A program made the translations under genes and the position numbers. Of a DNA stretch of 64,000 bases, positions 31,427-41,416 are shown piece by piece; position 1 is the first letter of the stretch; each line of letters opens with the position of its first letter. The notes beneath the pieces were generated by a model. That model did not search any database, was not told where the DNA came from, and saw nothing but the letters and a program-made list of their open reading frames with translations. The DNA is from Mucilaginibacter sp. (GTDB lineage: Bacteria > Bacteroidota > Bacteroidia > Sphingobacteriales > Sphingobacteriaceae), in the NCBI GenBank assembly GCA_035489035.1, contig DATHKT010000020.1, positions 24,904-88,903 of the forward strand. The letters run 5' to 3'.

Positions 31427-32275
31427 TTATACCGTAGGCTGATTGGTTATACGCACTCTGTTCTTATAATACCGATAGCCCATCCAAACGCCTATAGCGG
31501 CCAATATAAATACCCACAGGTTGAGCATCCCTACCAGCATATCCATAAAAATCGCCCAGCCATTACCAAGGGCCAAACCCAATCGCTGAAACATGGGTAT
31601 ATTATAAGCTGAAGGATCGCTATTGGCCATTACCTCTTTAAGTATCGTATCGTTTTGGTAAAAGTTAAGATTAATAGTACTGTACATCACCTGTTCATCG
31701 GTTTTCAGATTACTGATTTGCTTATCAACCATATCATCCTTTACGGTTAATATTTCATCCGGATGTTTCAGCGTTATCTTTCCTGATTTTTGCTCCTTAA
31801 CTAACTCTTTCCGGTTATCAGCTTTAAGTTTTGATGACAGGTAATCCAGGGAGCGGTCCTCAATATCCATCTTACTTGAGCTGATATAGATGCCCATTCG
31901 ATTTACCTGGTTTACAAAATTCTCCAGCTTGTCAGATGGGATTTTCACAGTCATCTCCGCTGTGGTGTTAAACGCCGATATAAGCATCATAGAATCATTG
32001 CTGAGATGAATATTTTCAACCTTATTAATCGACGACTGCATTTGATGATGCATTACCATCCCATCAAATTTATCAGTCAATGCAGAGATAGCCTCACCTG
32101 TTTGTTTTACGTCTTTCACTTTAAAGCTAATATCGGCTGTCTTTACCAGTTTGTTAGCCATGGTTACGCTATCAGCGACCTTTGCACTATCAGCAGATGA
32201 TTTGTAACTTTTGCCCTTGCATGCCGCCAGCAACGCAACCGCAACCAGCAGTATTGGTAAGAATTTTGTTTTCAT
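31427..32275 (-). CDS. DUF4349-domain lipoprotein
   Basis: Lipobox LAA-C; KLVKTADISFKV and VKIPSDKLENFV motifs; C-terminal TM helix with basic tail. Confidence 0.8.
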   Translation of the reverse strand: MKTKFLPILLVAVALLAACKGKSYKSSADSAKVADSVTMANKLVKTADISFKVKDVKQTGEAISALTDKFDGMVMHHQMQSSINKVENIHLSNDSMMLISAFNTTAEMTVKIPSDKLENFVNQVNRMGIYISSSKMDIEDRSLDYLSSKLKADNRKELVKEQKSGKITLKHPDEILTVKDDMVDKQISNLKTDEQVMYSTINLNFYQNDTILKEVMANSDPSAYNIPMFQRLGLALGNGWAIFMDMLVGMLNLWVFILAAIGVWMGYRYYKNRVRITNQPTV

Positions 32276-32418
32276 GATCTTAGGTTTTTAATTGGATTTT
32301 CAATTAATACCACGTGCTCACGAAAGGTAACCTTGTATAATAATGTTGTTACAATATTTTATTTTGAATAAGAATAATAAATAAGAATATTATTTCAACA
32401 TGCAGCACATATCCATCC

Positions 32419-32485
32419 TGTCATTCTGAGCATAGCGAAGAATCTATTCTGCTGTAGAAGATTCTTCGCTACGCTCAGAATGACA
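32419..32485. repeat. Long palindromic REP-like element, family B copy 1
   Basis: TGTCATTCTGAGC-A-TAGCGAAGAATCT ... AGATTCTTCGCTA-C-GCTCAGAATGACA: 27-bp arms with one mismatch. Confidence 0.75.
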
Positions 32486-32494
32486 AGAGGAAAC

Positions 32495-32525
32495 AAAAAA
32501 GGCTTCTCTTTGCAGAGAAGCCTTT
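32495..32525 (-). terminator. Intrinsic terminator of the atp operon
   Basis: GGCTTCTCT-TTGC-AGAGAAGCC stem, followed by a T6 tract on the minus strand. Confidence 0.8.
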
Positions 32526-32538
32526 AAATATTGCTTTA

Positions 32539-32570
32539 GAGTCCTCTCCTTTGGAGAGGATTAGTTGAGG
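32539..32570. repeat. Short TCCTCTCC..GGAGAGGA REP-like palindrome
   Basis: AGTCCTCTCCTTTGGAGAGGATTAGTTGAGG, similar to family A. Confidence 0.55.
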
Positions 32571-32571
32571 T

Positions 32572-33456
32572 TTAGTTTGATGATAACGCAGCCGCACCGC
32601 TCACAATTTCGGTAAGCTCGGTAGTAATAGCTGCCTGGCGGGCCTGGTTGTAGGCTAATTTAAGCGCCTTGATCAGTTCGCCTGCATTTTCAGTTGCCTT
32701 ATCCATCGCTGTCATACGTGCGCCATGCTCAGATGCATGAGAATCAAGCACTGCCTTATACAACTGTATCTTGATATTTTTAGGGATCAATTGTTCCACG
32801 ATCTCTTCCTGCGAAGGCTCCAGGATATAATCAACCTGCACAGCTTTTGCATCAGGTTTCCTTTCTGTTTTTGGAACAGGAAGCAATTGTTCAACCGTTA
32901 AAAATTGAACAGCGGCATTTTTAAATTGATTGTAAACCAGTTCAACCCGGTCATAATCACCTTTTAAAAAGCCCTGCATAATTTCTTCCGTAACTTTGGA
33001 TACATTGATAAAGTTAAGGTCGAGATATAGCTCGTTATTATTACCAATCACGTTGTATTTACGTTTCTGGTAATATTCCTGCCCTTTTTTACCAATACCT
33101 ACTATGGAAACATTACCCGCTTTTAACTGGTTGCTGTATTTCTCAACGATCAGGTTATTAGCAGTTTTGATCACGTTAGCATTGAAAGCACCGGCCAAAC
33201 CGCGGTTTGATGAAACAACTACGATCAGCACGCGTGTTGGCTCACGCTCCTGCAAAAATGGTGATGAACCATCCTCCAAACTTGCAGAAAGGTTTGACAA
33301 CATTTCCTTCAGCTTATTGGCATAAGGGCGCAACTGTACAATAGCATTGGTAGCCCGTTTCAACTTAGCCGCCGAAACCATTTTCATAGCCTTGGTGATC
33401 TGCTGCGTTGAGCTTACCGATACGATCCTGTTTCTTACTTCTTTTAAATTAGCCAT
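32572..33456 (-). CDS. atpG: ATP synthase F1 gamma subunit
   Basis: MANLKEVRNRI, ITKAMKMVSAAK, RGLAGAFN, EHGARMTAMDKATENA, NQARQAAIT. Confidence 0.98.
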   Translation of the reverse strand: MANLKEVRNRIVSVSSTQQITKAMKMVSAAKLKRATNAIVQLRPYANKLKEMLSNLSASLEDGSSPFLQEREPTRVLIVVVSSNRGLAGAFNANVIKTANNLIVEKYSNQLKAGNVSIVGIGKKGQEYYQKRKYNVIGNNNELYLDLNFINVSKVTEEIMQGFLKGDYDRVELVYNQFKNAAVQFLTVEQLLPVPKTERKPDAKAVQVDYILEPSQEEIVEQLIPKNIKIQLYKAVLDSHASEHGARMTAMDKATENAGELIKALKLAYNQARQAAITTELTEIVSGAAALSSN

Positions 33457-33463
33457 TCTTTTT

Positions 33464-33536
33464 TTGAGTCTTGAGTTCTGAGTCTTAAGTCTTAAGTCAT
33501 CTTCTGACCACCAACTTCGGACTTCCGACTTCTAAC
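33464..33536. repeat. Heptamer tandem repeats forming an imperfect inverted pair (atpA-atpG spacer)
   Basis: TTGAGTC TTGAGTT CTGAGTC TTAAGTC TTAAGTC ... ACTTCGG ACTTCCG ACTTCTA. Confidence 0.75.
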
Positions 33537-33539
33537 TAA

Positions 33540-35114
33540 TTAATACTTCTCTGCCAGTTCTTTAGCAACTGTTTCCAGTACGCCTGTTATCTGGTCGTCC
33601 AGTTTGCCGGCTTTTAAAGCAGCCAGTGTTTCAGGATGACGCATTTCTAACTGGGTAGTATATTCGCTTTCAAATTCTTTGATCTTGTTCACAGGCACGT
33701 TACGCATCAGGTTTTTTGTACCGGCGTAAACAATAGCCACCTGTTTTTCAACCGTTACCGGTGAGTACTGACCCTGCTTCAAGATCTCTACGTTACGGGC
33801 ACCTTTATCAATTACGTTTTTGGTAGCCGCATCAAGGTCCGATCCGAATTTAGAGAAAGCCTCTAACTCGCGGTATTGAGCCTGGTCAAGTTTCAAAGTA
33901 CCAGCTACTTTCTTCATGGATTTGATCTGTGCGTTACCACCCACACGTGATACCGAGATACCCACGTTAATGGCCGGACGAACACCCGCGTTGAACAAGT
34001 TCGACTCCAGGAATATCTGTCCATCCGTAATTGAAATTACGTTGGTTGGGATATATGCTGATACGTCACCCGCTTGTGTTTCAATAATAGGCAATGCGGT
34101 TAATGAACCACCACCCTTAACGATGCTGCGGATAGACTCAGGAAGATCATTCATAGCCTGAGCTATTGAATCATTTTCGTTGATCTTTGCAGCACGCTCT
34201 AACAAACGGCTGTGCAGGTAAAACACGTCACCAGGATAAGCCTCACGGCCCGGTGGGCGACGCAATAACAATGATACCTCACGGTAAGCAACAGCCTGTT
34301 TTGACAAATCATCATAGATGATCAAGGCAGGGCGACCAGTATCACGGAAGTACTCGCCAATAGCAGCACCGGCAAATGGCGCGAAGAACTGCATTGGAGC
34401 AGGATCGGCAGCAGAAGCAGATACAACGATAGTATAAGCCATAGCGTTATTTTCTTCCAGCGTACGAACGATGTTCGCTACTGTTGAAGCTTTCTGACCG
34501 CATGCCACATAGATACATATAACCGGCTCGCCGGCTGCGTAAAATTCTTTTTGATTGATAATGGTATCGATACAAACAGCAGTTTTACCTGTCTGGCGGT
34601 CACCGATCACCAGCTCACGTTGACCGCGACCGATAGGGATCATCGCATCGATAGCCTTGATACCTGTTTGCAAAGGCTCGGTTACCGGCTGGCGATAAAT
34701 TACACCCGGCGCTTTACGCTCTAAAGGCATTTCGTATAGTTTACCTGTAAGGTCCCCCTTGCCGTCAATAGGAACGCCCAAAGTATTAACCACACGGCCA
34801 AGCATACCTTCGCCTACATTGATGGAAGCGATCTTTTTAGTACGTTTGATCGTATCGCCTTCCTTCACACCGTCCGACTGACCCAGCAATACCACACCCA
34901 CGTTATCTTCTTCCAGGTTTAGCACGATACCCTGTAAACCTTTTTCAAATTCAACCAGCTCACCCGATTGCACTTTTGTTAATCCGTAAACGCGGGCAAT
35001 ACCATCACCCACCTGAAGTACCGTACCTACTTCTTCTAATTCAGATTCTGACTTGAAGCCCGATAATTGCTGACGCAAAATTGCTGATACTTCGTCTGGT
35101 CTAACCTCTACCAT
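33540..35114 (-). CDS. atpA: ATP synthase F1 alpha subunit
   Basis: [10 protein letters not shown], Walker [36 protein letters not shown]. Confidence 0.98.
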   Translation of the reverse strand: MVEVRPDEVSAILRQQLSGFKSESELEEVGTVLQVGDGIARVYGLTKVQSGELVEFEKGLQGIVLNLEEDNVGVVLLGQSDGVKEGDTIKRTKKIASINVGEGMLGRVVNTLGVPIDGKGDLTGKLYEMPLERKAPGVIYRQPVTEPLQTGIKAIDAMIPIGRGQRELVIGDRQTGKTAVCIDTIINQKEFYAAGEPVICIYVACGQKASTVANIVRTLEENNAMAYTIVVSASAADPAPMQFFAPFAGAAIGEYFRDTGRPALIIYDDLSKQAVAYREVSLLLRRPPGREAYPGDVFYLHSRLLERAAKINENDSIAQAMNDLPESIRSIVKGGGSLTALPIIETQAGDVSAYIPTNVISITDGQIFLESNLFNAGVRPAINVGISVSRVGGNAQIKSMKKVAGTLKLDQAQYRELEAFSKFGSDLDAATKNVIDKGARNVEILKQGQYSPVTVEKQVAIVYAGTKNLMRNVPVNKIKEFESEYTTQLEMRHPETLAALKAGKLDDQITGVLETVAKELAEKY

Positions 35115-35144
35115 TTTTTATTTATTTAGAGTTTTGTTTTTAAA

Positions 35145-35693
35145 TTATTGCTTTACCCCGTGGGCAAAATCCTGTTTTAACCTGTTTAAGCTTGCTGATA
35201 TACTGGTATCCACCTGCCTGTCGCCAATGGTAAGCACAAAGCCACCTATTAATTTGGCATCTACCCTGGTGTGCAGTTCAATTGTTCCGCCTGTTGAGGC
35301 CTCCAATTCGGAGATGATCTTCTTTTTGTTTTCTTCAGACAAAGGCGTAGCCGAAACTACATACGCCCGCATAATATGTTTGATGATATTATACTGGTTG
35401 ATAAATTCCTTCGATGTAGCGTATAAGATCTCTGCACGGCTTTTATTCACCATGATCTTCAGAAAAGAATCGGTCACCTTATTAATCTTGTTACCGAAAA
35501 TAGCTTCCAGTATCCTGATCTTCCTGGCATGGCCGATAATAGGATTAGCCAAAACTGCCTGCAGCTCGTGATTGGCCCTTAATGTTTGCGAAAAAAGCTC
35601 CATATCTTTCCTGATCGCTTCAAGAACTTTTTGTTCCCCTGCAAGATCGATGATCGATTTGGCATACCTGGTTGCAACTGTTGTTTCAGACAT
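35145..35693 (-). CDS. atpH: ATP synthase delta subunit
   Basis: VATRYAKS and LIGGFVLTIGDRQVDTS motifs; operon position. Confidence 0.95.
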   Translation of the reverse strand: MSETTVATRYAKSIIDLAGEQKVLEAIRKDMELFSQTLRANHELQAVLANPIIGHARKIRILEAIFGNKINKVTDSFLKIMVNKSRAEILYATSKEFINQYNIIKHIMRAYVVSATPLSEENKKKIISELEASTGGTIELHTRVDAKLIGGFVLTIGDRQVDTSISASLNRLKQDFAHGVKQ

Positions 35694-35702
35694 ATCTTTT
35701 TA

Positions 35703-35803
35703 TTTCGAATTTCGGATTTACGATTTCGAATTTATTTTTTTAGTCTTCTTTCTGATCTCAATTCTGGATACTTAAATCCGAAATCGTAAATCCGAAATCC
35801 GAT
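35703..35803. repeat. Heptamer-built perfect 20-bp inverted repeat (atpF-atpH spacer)
   Basis: ATTTCGGATTTACGATTTCG (35709..35728) and its exact reverse complement CGAAATCGTAAATCCGAAAT (35779..35798). Confidence 0.8.
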
Positions 35804-35807
35804 ATCA

Positions 35808-36299
35808 TTATAACTTCACTTCCTTTAGCAGGTCGGCTACTAATTGGTCTTGTTTATTTGAGCTTTCAAATTGCTTGCGCAATATTTTCTCCGCGATCTC
35901 GATAGATAAAGTAGCCACCTGGTCTTTTACATCAGCCATAGCTTTTGCTTTTTGATTATCAATCTCCAAACGTGCACGCTCTATCATACGGGCGCCTTCT
36001 GTGTTAGCCGCTTCTTTTGCCTCGCTGATGATCTGGTCTTTTACCTGTTTAGCTTCGCGTAATATTAGGTCGCGCTCGGCACGGGTCTGTTTAAGGAGTT
36101 CGTCATTCTCGCTGGTTAAACGTGCCATTTCTTCTTTAGCAGCTTCGGCCATTGAAAGCGCGCTTTCAATAGATTTTTCGCGTTCGCTGATGGCAGCCAA
36201 AATAGGCTTCCAGGCAAATTTGCCTAATATCCATAATAATATGCCGAAACAAAGGGTAGTCCAGAAAACTAAACCAATATTGGGGGTAACTAAATCCAT
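35808..36299 (-). CDS. atpF: ATP synthase F0 b subunit
   Basis: MDLVTPNIGLVFW...KFAWKPIL...ERE; coiled coil. Start moved to ATG 36299. Confidence 0.95.
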   Translation of the reverse strand: MDLVTPNIGLVFWTTLCFGILLWILGKFAWKPILAAISEREKSIESALSMAEAAKEEMARLTSENDELLKQTRAERDLILREAKQVKDQIISEAKEAANTEGARMIERARLEIDNQKAKAMADVKDQVATLSIEIAEKILRKQFESSNKQDQLVADLLKEVKL

Positions 36300-36342
36300 T
36301 GTATATTTTTTGTTAAAATAAGCTAACTTAAGTTTAAAACAG

Positions 36343-36363
36343 CCCGGAGCCAATCGCTCCGGG
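36343..36363 (-). other. GC-rich hairpin between atpE and atpF (mRNA stabiliser or partial terminator)
   Basis: CCCGGAGC-CAATC-GCTCCGGG, followed on the minus strand by CTGTTTT. Confidence 0.6.
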
Positions 36364-36378
36364 ATATTTTTTTCTTCC

Positions 36379-36651
<273 letters not shown>

Positions 36652-36672
36652 TTAATATGTAATTAATTCGAA

Positions 36673-37746
36673 TTAATGATGCTCTTCTATCGCCATACCA
36701 ATGAATAGCGCCGAAAGCAATGTAAAAATGTAAGCCTGCAGAAATGCTACCAGTAATTCAATAGCATCCATAAACACAACGAAAATAACCGATACAGGCG
36801 ATACCCAAATTGTATTCAAAATAAATATCAGCGATATCAGGCTCAATATTAAAATGTGGCCGGCTGTGATATTAGCAAACAAACGTATCATTAAAGCTAT
36901 AGGCTTTGAAAATATACCTACCACTTCAACCGGTATCATGATGATAAATAACCACCAGGGGTTCGGTACAAATATATGTTTCCAGTAAGTTTTGTTACCG
37001 TTCAGGTTCACTACAAAAAAGATAATAACCGATAGTACTGCCGTTACCGCGATATTACCCGTCAGGTTAAAACCTCCGGGAAAGAAAGGCACCATACCTA
37101 ATAAGTTATTAAGCAGGATAAAGAAGAACACGGTAAGCAATAAGGGCATAAACCGGGCATACTTATAGCCCATGTTCGGGATAGCGATATCATCGCGCAC
37201 AAACAGGATCAAAGGCTCCATCCATGATTGCAAACCTTTGGGCGCTTTGCCTTCACGTTTTTTATAAGTTGATGATATGCTTAAAAACACGATCAGCAGA
37301 ATGGCGATCCCCATAAACATACTGACCACATTACGGGTAATGGAAAGATCAACTATTTTTTTACTGCCTTCCTCATCAATTTTTCCGGAAGCGTCCACCA
37401 CTTTAATTTTGTTGGCTTCTAATTTATAGCTGTGGTTTGCAGTACTGTATACTGTGCCCTCAGGAAATAAATGGCCTGATGAGAAAACCTCCAAACCCTT
37501 ATCAGTGTAAAGAATAACCGGAAGCGGGATATGCCTTTCTTCAACAAAAGGAAATGCGAATGGCCAGGCGTGCGAATCACCAATATGTTCAAGTATTACT
37601 TCTTTAGCATCAAACTTCTTTTCCTTATTATCTGAGGCCTTTTCCTGACTGAAAGCTGATTGAGAAAATGCGCCTGCAATTAAAAAAAACGCACAAATCA
37701 AAGAAATTCTAAAAGTTTTTAAGTTCAAAATCGAGCCGTTTGCCAT
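36673..37746 (-). CDS. atpB: ATP synthase F0 a subunit
   Basis: PKGLQSWME, NNLLGMVP, IRLFANITAGH, LQAYIFTLLS. Confidence 0.97.
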   Translation of the reverse strand: MANGSILNLKTFRISLICAFFLIAGAFSQSAFSQEKASDNKEKKFDAKEVILEHIGDSHAWPFAFPFVEERHIPLPVILYTDKGLEVFSSGHLFPEGTVYSTANHSYKLEANKIKVVDASGKIDEEGSKKIVDLSITRNVVSMFMGIAILLIVFLSISSTYKKREGKAPKGLQSWMEPLILFVRDDIAIPNMGYKYARFMPLLLTVFFFILLNNLLGMVPFFPGGFNLTGNIAVTAVLSVIIFFVVNLNGNKTYWKHIFVPNPWWLFIIMIPVEVVGIFSKPIALMIRLFANITAGHILILSLISLIFILNTIWVSPVSVIFVVFMDAIELLVAFLQAYIFTLLSALFIGMAIEEHH

Positions 37747-37761
37747 CCTAAATGAAGTTTT

Positions 37762-38148
37762 CTACCTTAAATTTTTGTGCCGCAAGTTACGCAACAAAAG
37801 ATAAACTTCAAAGCCCATATTTAAGAAATATATGTAAAAAAAATCGGCTATAAAAATGTTCTTATTTAGCTTATTTTTTGCCACTATTATTAGTATAAAA
37901 ATCATACAGGCCAATATTTTTACAGTGCTGCCCGCCAAAAATGCGGCAGCATAATAATCCTGATTTTTAGCCTGTACAAACAAAATGCAGCTTACTACTA
38001 AAAATGTGAGCCCGGATAAATAAAAAAACACCAGCCAGAAATTAGGGACAAGCAAGCCTGTATTTCCGCTGAATTGCAAAATAGCCGGGGGGATTGCCAA
38101 AACAAATGTAAAAAGCAGGAAAGCTAAAATTGAGGGAAGTATTTTCAT
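37762..38148 (-). CDS. Four-helix membrane protein of the atp operon (AtpI-like)
   Basis: Four hydrophobic helices; position directly upstream of atpB. Confidence 0.65.
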   Translation of the reverse strand: MKILPSILAFLLFTFVLAIPPAILQFSGNTGLLVPNFWLVFFYLSGLTFLVVSCILFVQAKNQDYYAAAFLAGSTVKILACMIFILIIVAKNKLNKNIFIADFFYIYFLNMGFEVYLLLRNLRHKNLR

Positions 38149-38171
38149 TTATATATTAGGTTATACTTAGA

Positions 38172-38396
38172 TTATTTTTTCAAAGATACGATAACTACAT
38201 ACAAGGAGATAAAGACCCCGGCTAACGAAAGTATGGCCGTTACCCATTTTGTGGTATGATGGGCCGATTCATCAATTTTCAATCCTGCATAAGTGAACAA
38301 TCCTATTATAGCGATCATCTGGAAACCCATACCGCTGTATTTCGCATAAGCATTTAGCGAATCCTTATCATTTTCATCCTGTTCATTTTTAGCCAT
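38172..38396 (-). CDS. AtpZ/AtpI family protein
   Basis: YAKYSGMGFQM...G..ID...W...LSLAGV..SLY motif, first gene of the operon. Start moved to ATG 38396. Confidence 0.8.
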   Translation of the reverse strand: MAKNEQDENDKDSLNAYAKYSGMGFQMIAIIGLFTYAGLKIDESAHHTTKWVTAILSLAGVFISLYVVIVSLKK

Positions 38397-38399
38397 CTG

Positions 38400-38407
38400 C
38401 AAATTTA
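38400..38407 (-). promoter_or_regulatory. -7 box of the atp operon
   Basis: TAAATTTG on the minus strand, 3 nt before ATG 38396. Confidence 0.55.
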
Positions 38408-38467
38408 TTAATCCTATTGCATACTATTTACTAAATTAGCAAGGCTTTTCTAATCGATGGTTTTATT

Positions 38468-41359
38468 TTGAGGCGTATTTCTGAAACTTCCGTATTAAAA
38501 CGAATAATTTTCCCGGTTTTGGTGCTATTGCTGGCAGGTTGTTCGCTTGAAAAAGAAAGCGCCCTTAACCGCGGCCTGCAAAACCTGACCGCCCATTATA
38601 ATATCCTGTTCAACGCCAACGAGATCCTCCGGCTGAAACAACAAAGCTATGCCCTGTCTTTTGTCGACTCTTATAACGAAATACTAAGTGCTTACCAGGA
38701 TACAACGCTCAAAGGCGCCAACCCCGATAAAGACCTGGAAGATGCCAAACTGAAAGCCAACAAGATCATCACCATTAAGGAACAAAGTCATTATTTGGGG
38801 GATGCTTACCTGGTTTTAGGTAAAGCCAATTATCTGGAAGGTGATTATTTCCAGGCGGTCGAGTTTTTTAGTTACGTTATACGGTCATTCCCAAAGCAGC
38901 TTAATTTGACCCAGGAAGCATTGGTATGGAAGGCACGGTGCATGATCTACCTCAATCAGTTGCCCCAGGCCAAATTGGTATTGGATACCGCCATACGGAA
39001 CATCAACCCTAAAAAAAGAATCACTGCCGATGTGTACGCCACCAAAATGCAATACGATATTAATGTACAGGAGTATGCAGATGCCGAAGAAATGGGCAAA
39101 CAGGCCATACATTATTCAGGCGAAAAAGAGCAGCGGCTTCGGTGGACATTTATAGTGGCCCAATTGCAGGAGTTGAATAACAAAAATGCCGATGCCATTA
39201 AAAATTATACCAGCATTGTAAAAAGCAACGCGGCTTTTGAAATGGCCTTTAATGCCAATTTGAACCGCATCAGGATAACCGATAGTCAAAACGGGATAAA
39301 GGTTAGCCGTATTGACAGGCTAAAGAGCTTACTCAAAAACGAGAACAATAAGGATTTTACAGATCAGATCTATTACCAGATAGCGGAGTATTATTATGCC
39401 AACAAGGATATTGATAATGCCATCAAAAATTACAAATTATCAACACGCTACAGCCGGAAGAACCAGAATCAAAAGGGCCTCTCCTACCTGCGCCTGGCTG
39501 ATATTGATTTCAAAAACAAAGCCGATTATGTCGGCGCCAAAAAGTACTATGATAGTACATTGCTTAACCTGTCGCCCAACTACCCGGGCTACCAGTTGAT
39601 ACAAAAGAAAAGCAGCAATCTGCAGTTATTGGCCGACCGGTATACTATTATCTCGAAGGAAGATACTTTGCAAATGCTGGCACAACTGGACGAAAAAACA
39701 AGAGCCGCCCGCATTGATGCTATGGTAAACCGGGAGATCTTACAACAACAGGCTACTGATGCCGGTAACGTGGCGAATACGGCCTTTAGCAATTCCCAGT
39801 CTGGACCTGGAAGCGGAGGCAGTGGCGGCAGTTTCTATTTTTACAATTCAAACGCCGTAAGCCAGGGGTACAATGATTTTAAGCGAAGATGGGGCAACCG
39901 CAAATTGGAAGATAATTGGCGCCGGAGTAGCAGGGCCAGTAGCGACATTACTAATAATACATCGCAAACTATTGACCCCGACGCCCCTGCCGACAAGGTA
40001 CAGGGTAAAGGAACGGCCACTGCCGGCAACTACCGCCAGCAGCTTACTCAAAATCTGCCGCTCACCCCCGAACTGCTTGCACAATCAAACGCCCGGGTAT
40101 ACAGCGCTTATTTCGACATCGCCAATTTTTACAGGGACATTTTGGGCGATAAAAAGGAGGCGATAACCAATTATGAATTGCTTTTAAACCGTTTCCCGAA
40201 TAACCCTGATAAGCCCGCGATCTACTATAATCTATATCGTTTATACAGCGGGGATAATGAGGCAAAATCTGAAGAATATAAAAATCTGTTGCTGAAAAAT
40301 TACCCGGATACCCCTTATGCGAAAGTGATCATCGACCCCGAATACAGCAAAAGGCTGAATGATGCCGATGCCGCGTTAACTACTGCCTATAACCAGGTTT
40401 ATGACGATTATTCAAAAAAGGATTACAAAAAGGCGATAAGCGATATTGACGCCATGCTGCTGCAATTTCCGAACAACAAATGGTCGGCACAGCTGGCTTA
40501 TTTGAAAGCGATATCCGCAGGGCATGATGAAAAACTGGCTCCTTTTAAGGATGACCTTACCCAAATCATGACCAAGTATCCTGCAGACAGACTTATAGCC
40601 CCATTAGTAAAACAACATTTGGCCTATATCGATGCCAACCAGGTGGAAATGGCTGCAAGACCGGTGGTATTAACAGATAATACACTGGAGGAAAAGCCAT
40701 TTATACCGTCAACCGTAGCAGATCAGCCTGCTATCAATTACAGCTTACAGGTAGCACAAAAACGGATCGAACCAAAAAAACCACCGGTTACACCACCTGT
40801 AACTAAACCAAAGGCAACTGAGAAGCTCCTGGCAAAACAGCCACCGGCAACTAAACCCGCTGTTGATACCAACCGGGTGATCACTAATAATCCCGCGGCG
40901 GCCAAACAAGATACCAGCACGCAACCCGATCCGGATCGACCGGTTGTAACCACCACCCCTGCCGTGGTTACGCCACCTAAACCCAAGCGGCCATCTATCT
41001 ACTCGCTGCGCGACAGCACTAATTACTATTTCGTGGTGGACGTAAGCACCGCTACTACCAACCTGGCATCGTCACGTTTTGGTATCGGGCAGTTTAACCG
41101 GGCTAATTTTCCAAACGGGAATATCAACCACCAACTGGTAAATGTTGGCGAGAATAACCAGTTGATATATGTAGGTCGATTTTATAGTCTCAGCTCTGTG
41201 AAAGACTATGCACGTGCCATAATCCCGCTAATGCCCGAGATAATGAAAGTGCCGAAAGATAAATACAGCTTTTTTATTATAACCCAGGAAAATTTAGATA
41301 AATTGAACACTAAAGCCCGGCTTGATAGCTATATGGATTTTTACCAGGATAACTATTGA
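38468..41359 (+). CDS. sprE: T9SS periplasmic TPR lipoprotein SprE/PorW
   Basis: Lipobox LAG-C; LTAHYNILFNA; many TPRs; FYFYN...GYNDFKRRWGNRKLEDNWR motif; divergent from the atp operon, as is typical for porW/sprE. Confidence 0.75.
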   Translation: MRRISETSVLKRIIFPVLVLLLAGCSLEKESALNRGLQNLTAHYNILFNANEILRLKQQSYALSFVDSYNEILSAYQDTTLKGANPDKDLEDAKLKANKIITIKEQSHYLGDAYLVLGKANYLEGDYFQAVEFFSYVIRSFPKQLNLTQEALVWKARCMIYLNQLPQAKLVLDTAIRNINPKKRITADVYATKMQYDINVQEYADAEEMGKQAIHYSGEKEQRLRWTFIVAQLQELNNKNADAIKNYTSIVKSNAAFEMAFNANLNRIRITDSQNGIKVSRIDRLKSLLKNENNKDFTDQIYYQIAEYYYANKDIDNAIKNYKLSTRYSRKNQNQKGLSYLRLADIDFKNKADYVGAKKYYDSTLLNLSPNYPGYQLIQKKSSNLQLLADRYTIISKEDTLQMLAQLDEKTRAARIDAMVNREILQQQATDAGNVANTAFSNSQSGPGSGGSGGSFYFYNSNAVSQGYNDFKRRWGNRKLEDNWRRSSRASSDITNNTSQTIDPDAPADKVQGKGTATAGNYRQQLTQNLPLTPELLAQSNARVYSAYFDIANFYRDILGDKKEAITNYELLLNRFPNNPDKPAIYYNLYRLYSGDNEAKSEEYKNLLLKNYPDTPYAKVIIDPEYSKRLNDADAALTTAYNQVYDDYSKKDYKKAISDIDAMLLQFPNNKWSAQLAYLKAISAGHDEKLAPFKDDLTQIMTKYPADRLIAPLVKQHLAYIDANQVEMAARPVVLTDNTLEEKPFIPSTVADQPAINYSLQVAQKRIEPKKPPVTPPVTKPKATEKLLAKQPPATKPAVDTNRVITNNPAAAKQDTSTQPDPDRPVVTTTPAVVTPPKPKRPSIYSLRDSTNYYFVVDVSTATTNLASSRFGIGQFNRANFPNGNINHQLVNVGENNQLIYVGRFYSLSSVKDYARAIIPLMPEIMKVPKDKYSFFIITQENLDKLNTKARLDSYMDFYQDNY

Positions 41360-41400
41360 AAGGTTGTTGGAAAGTTGTAAGGTTTTAAAGTTGAAAGGTT
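41358..41400 (+). repeat. Short (8-nt) tandem repeats
   Basis: GAAAGGTT / GTAAGGTT / TTAAAGTT / GAAAGGTT; similar units at 46085..46110. Confidence 0.55.
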
Positions 41401-41416
41401 GGGATAGCGCACATAA

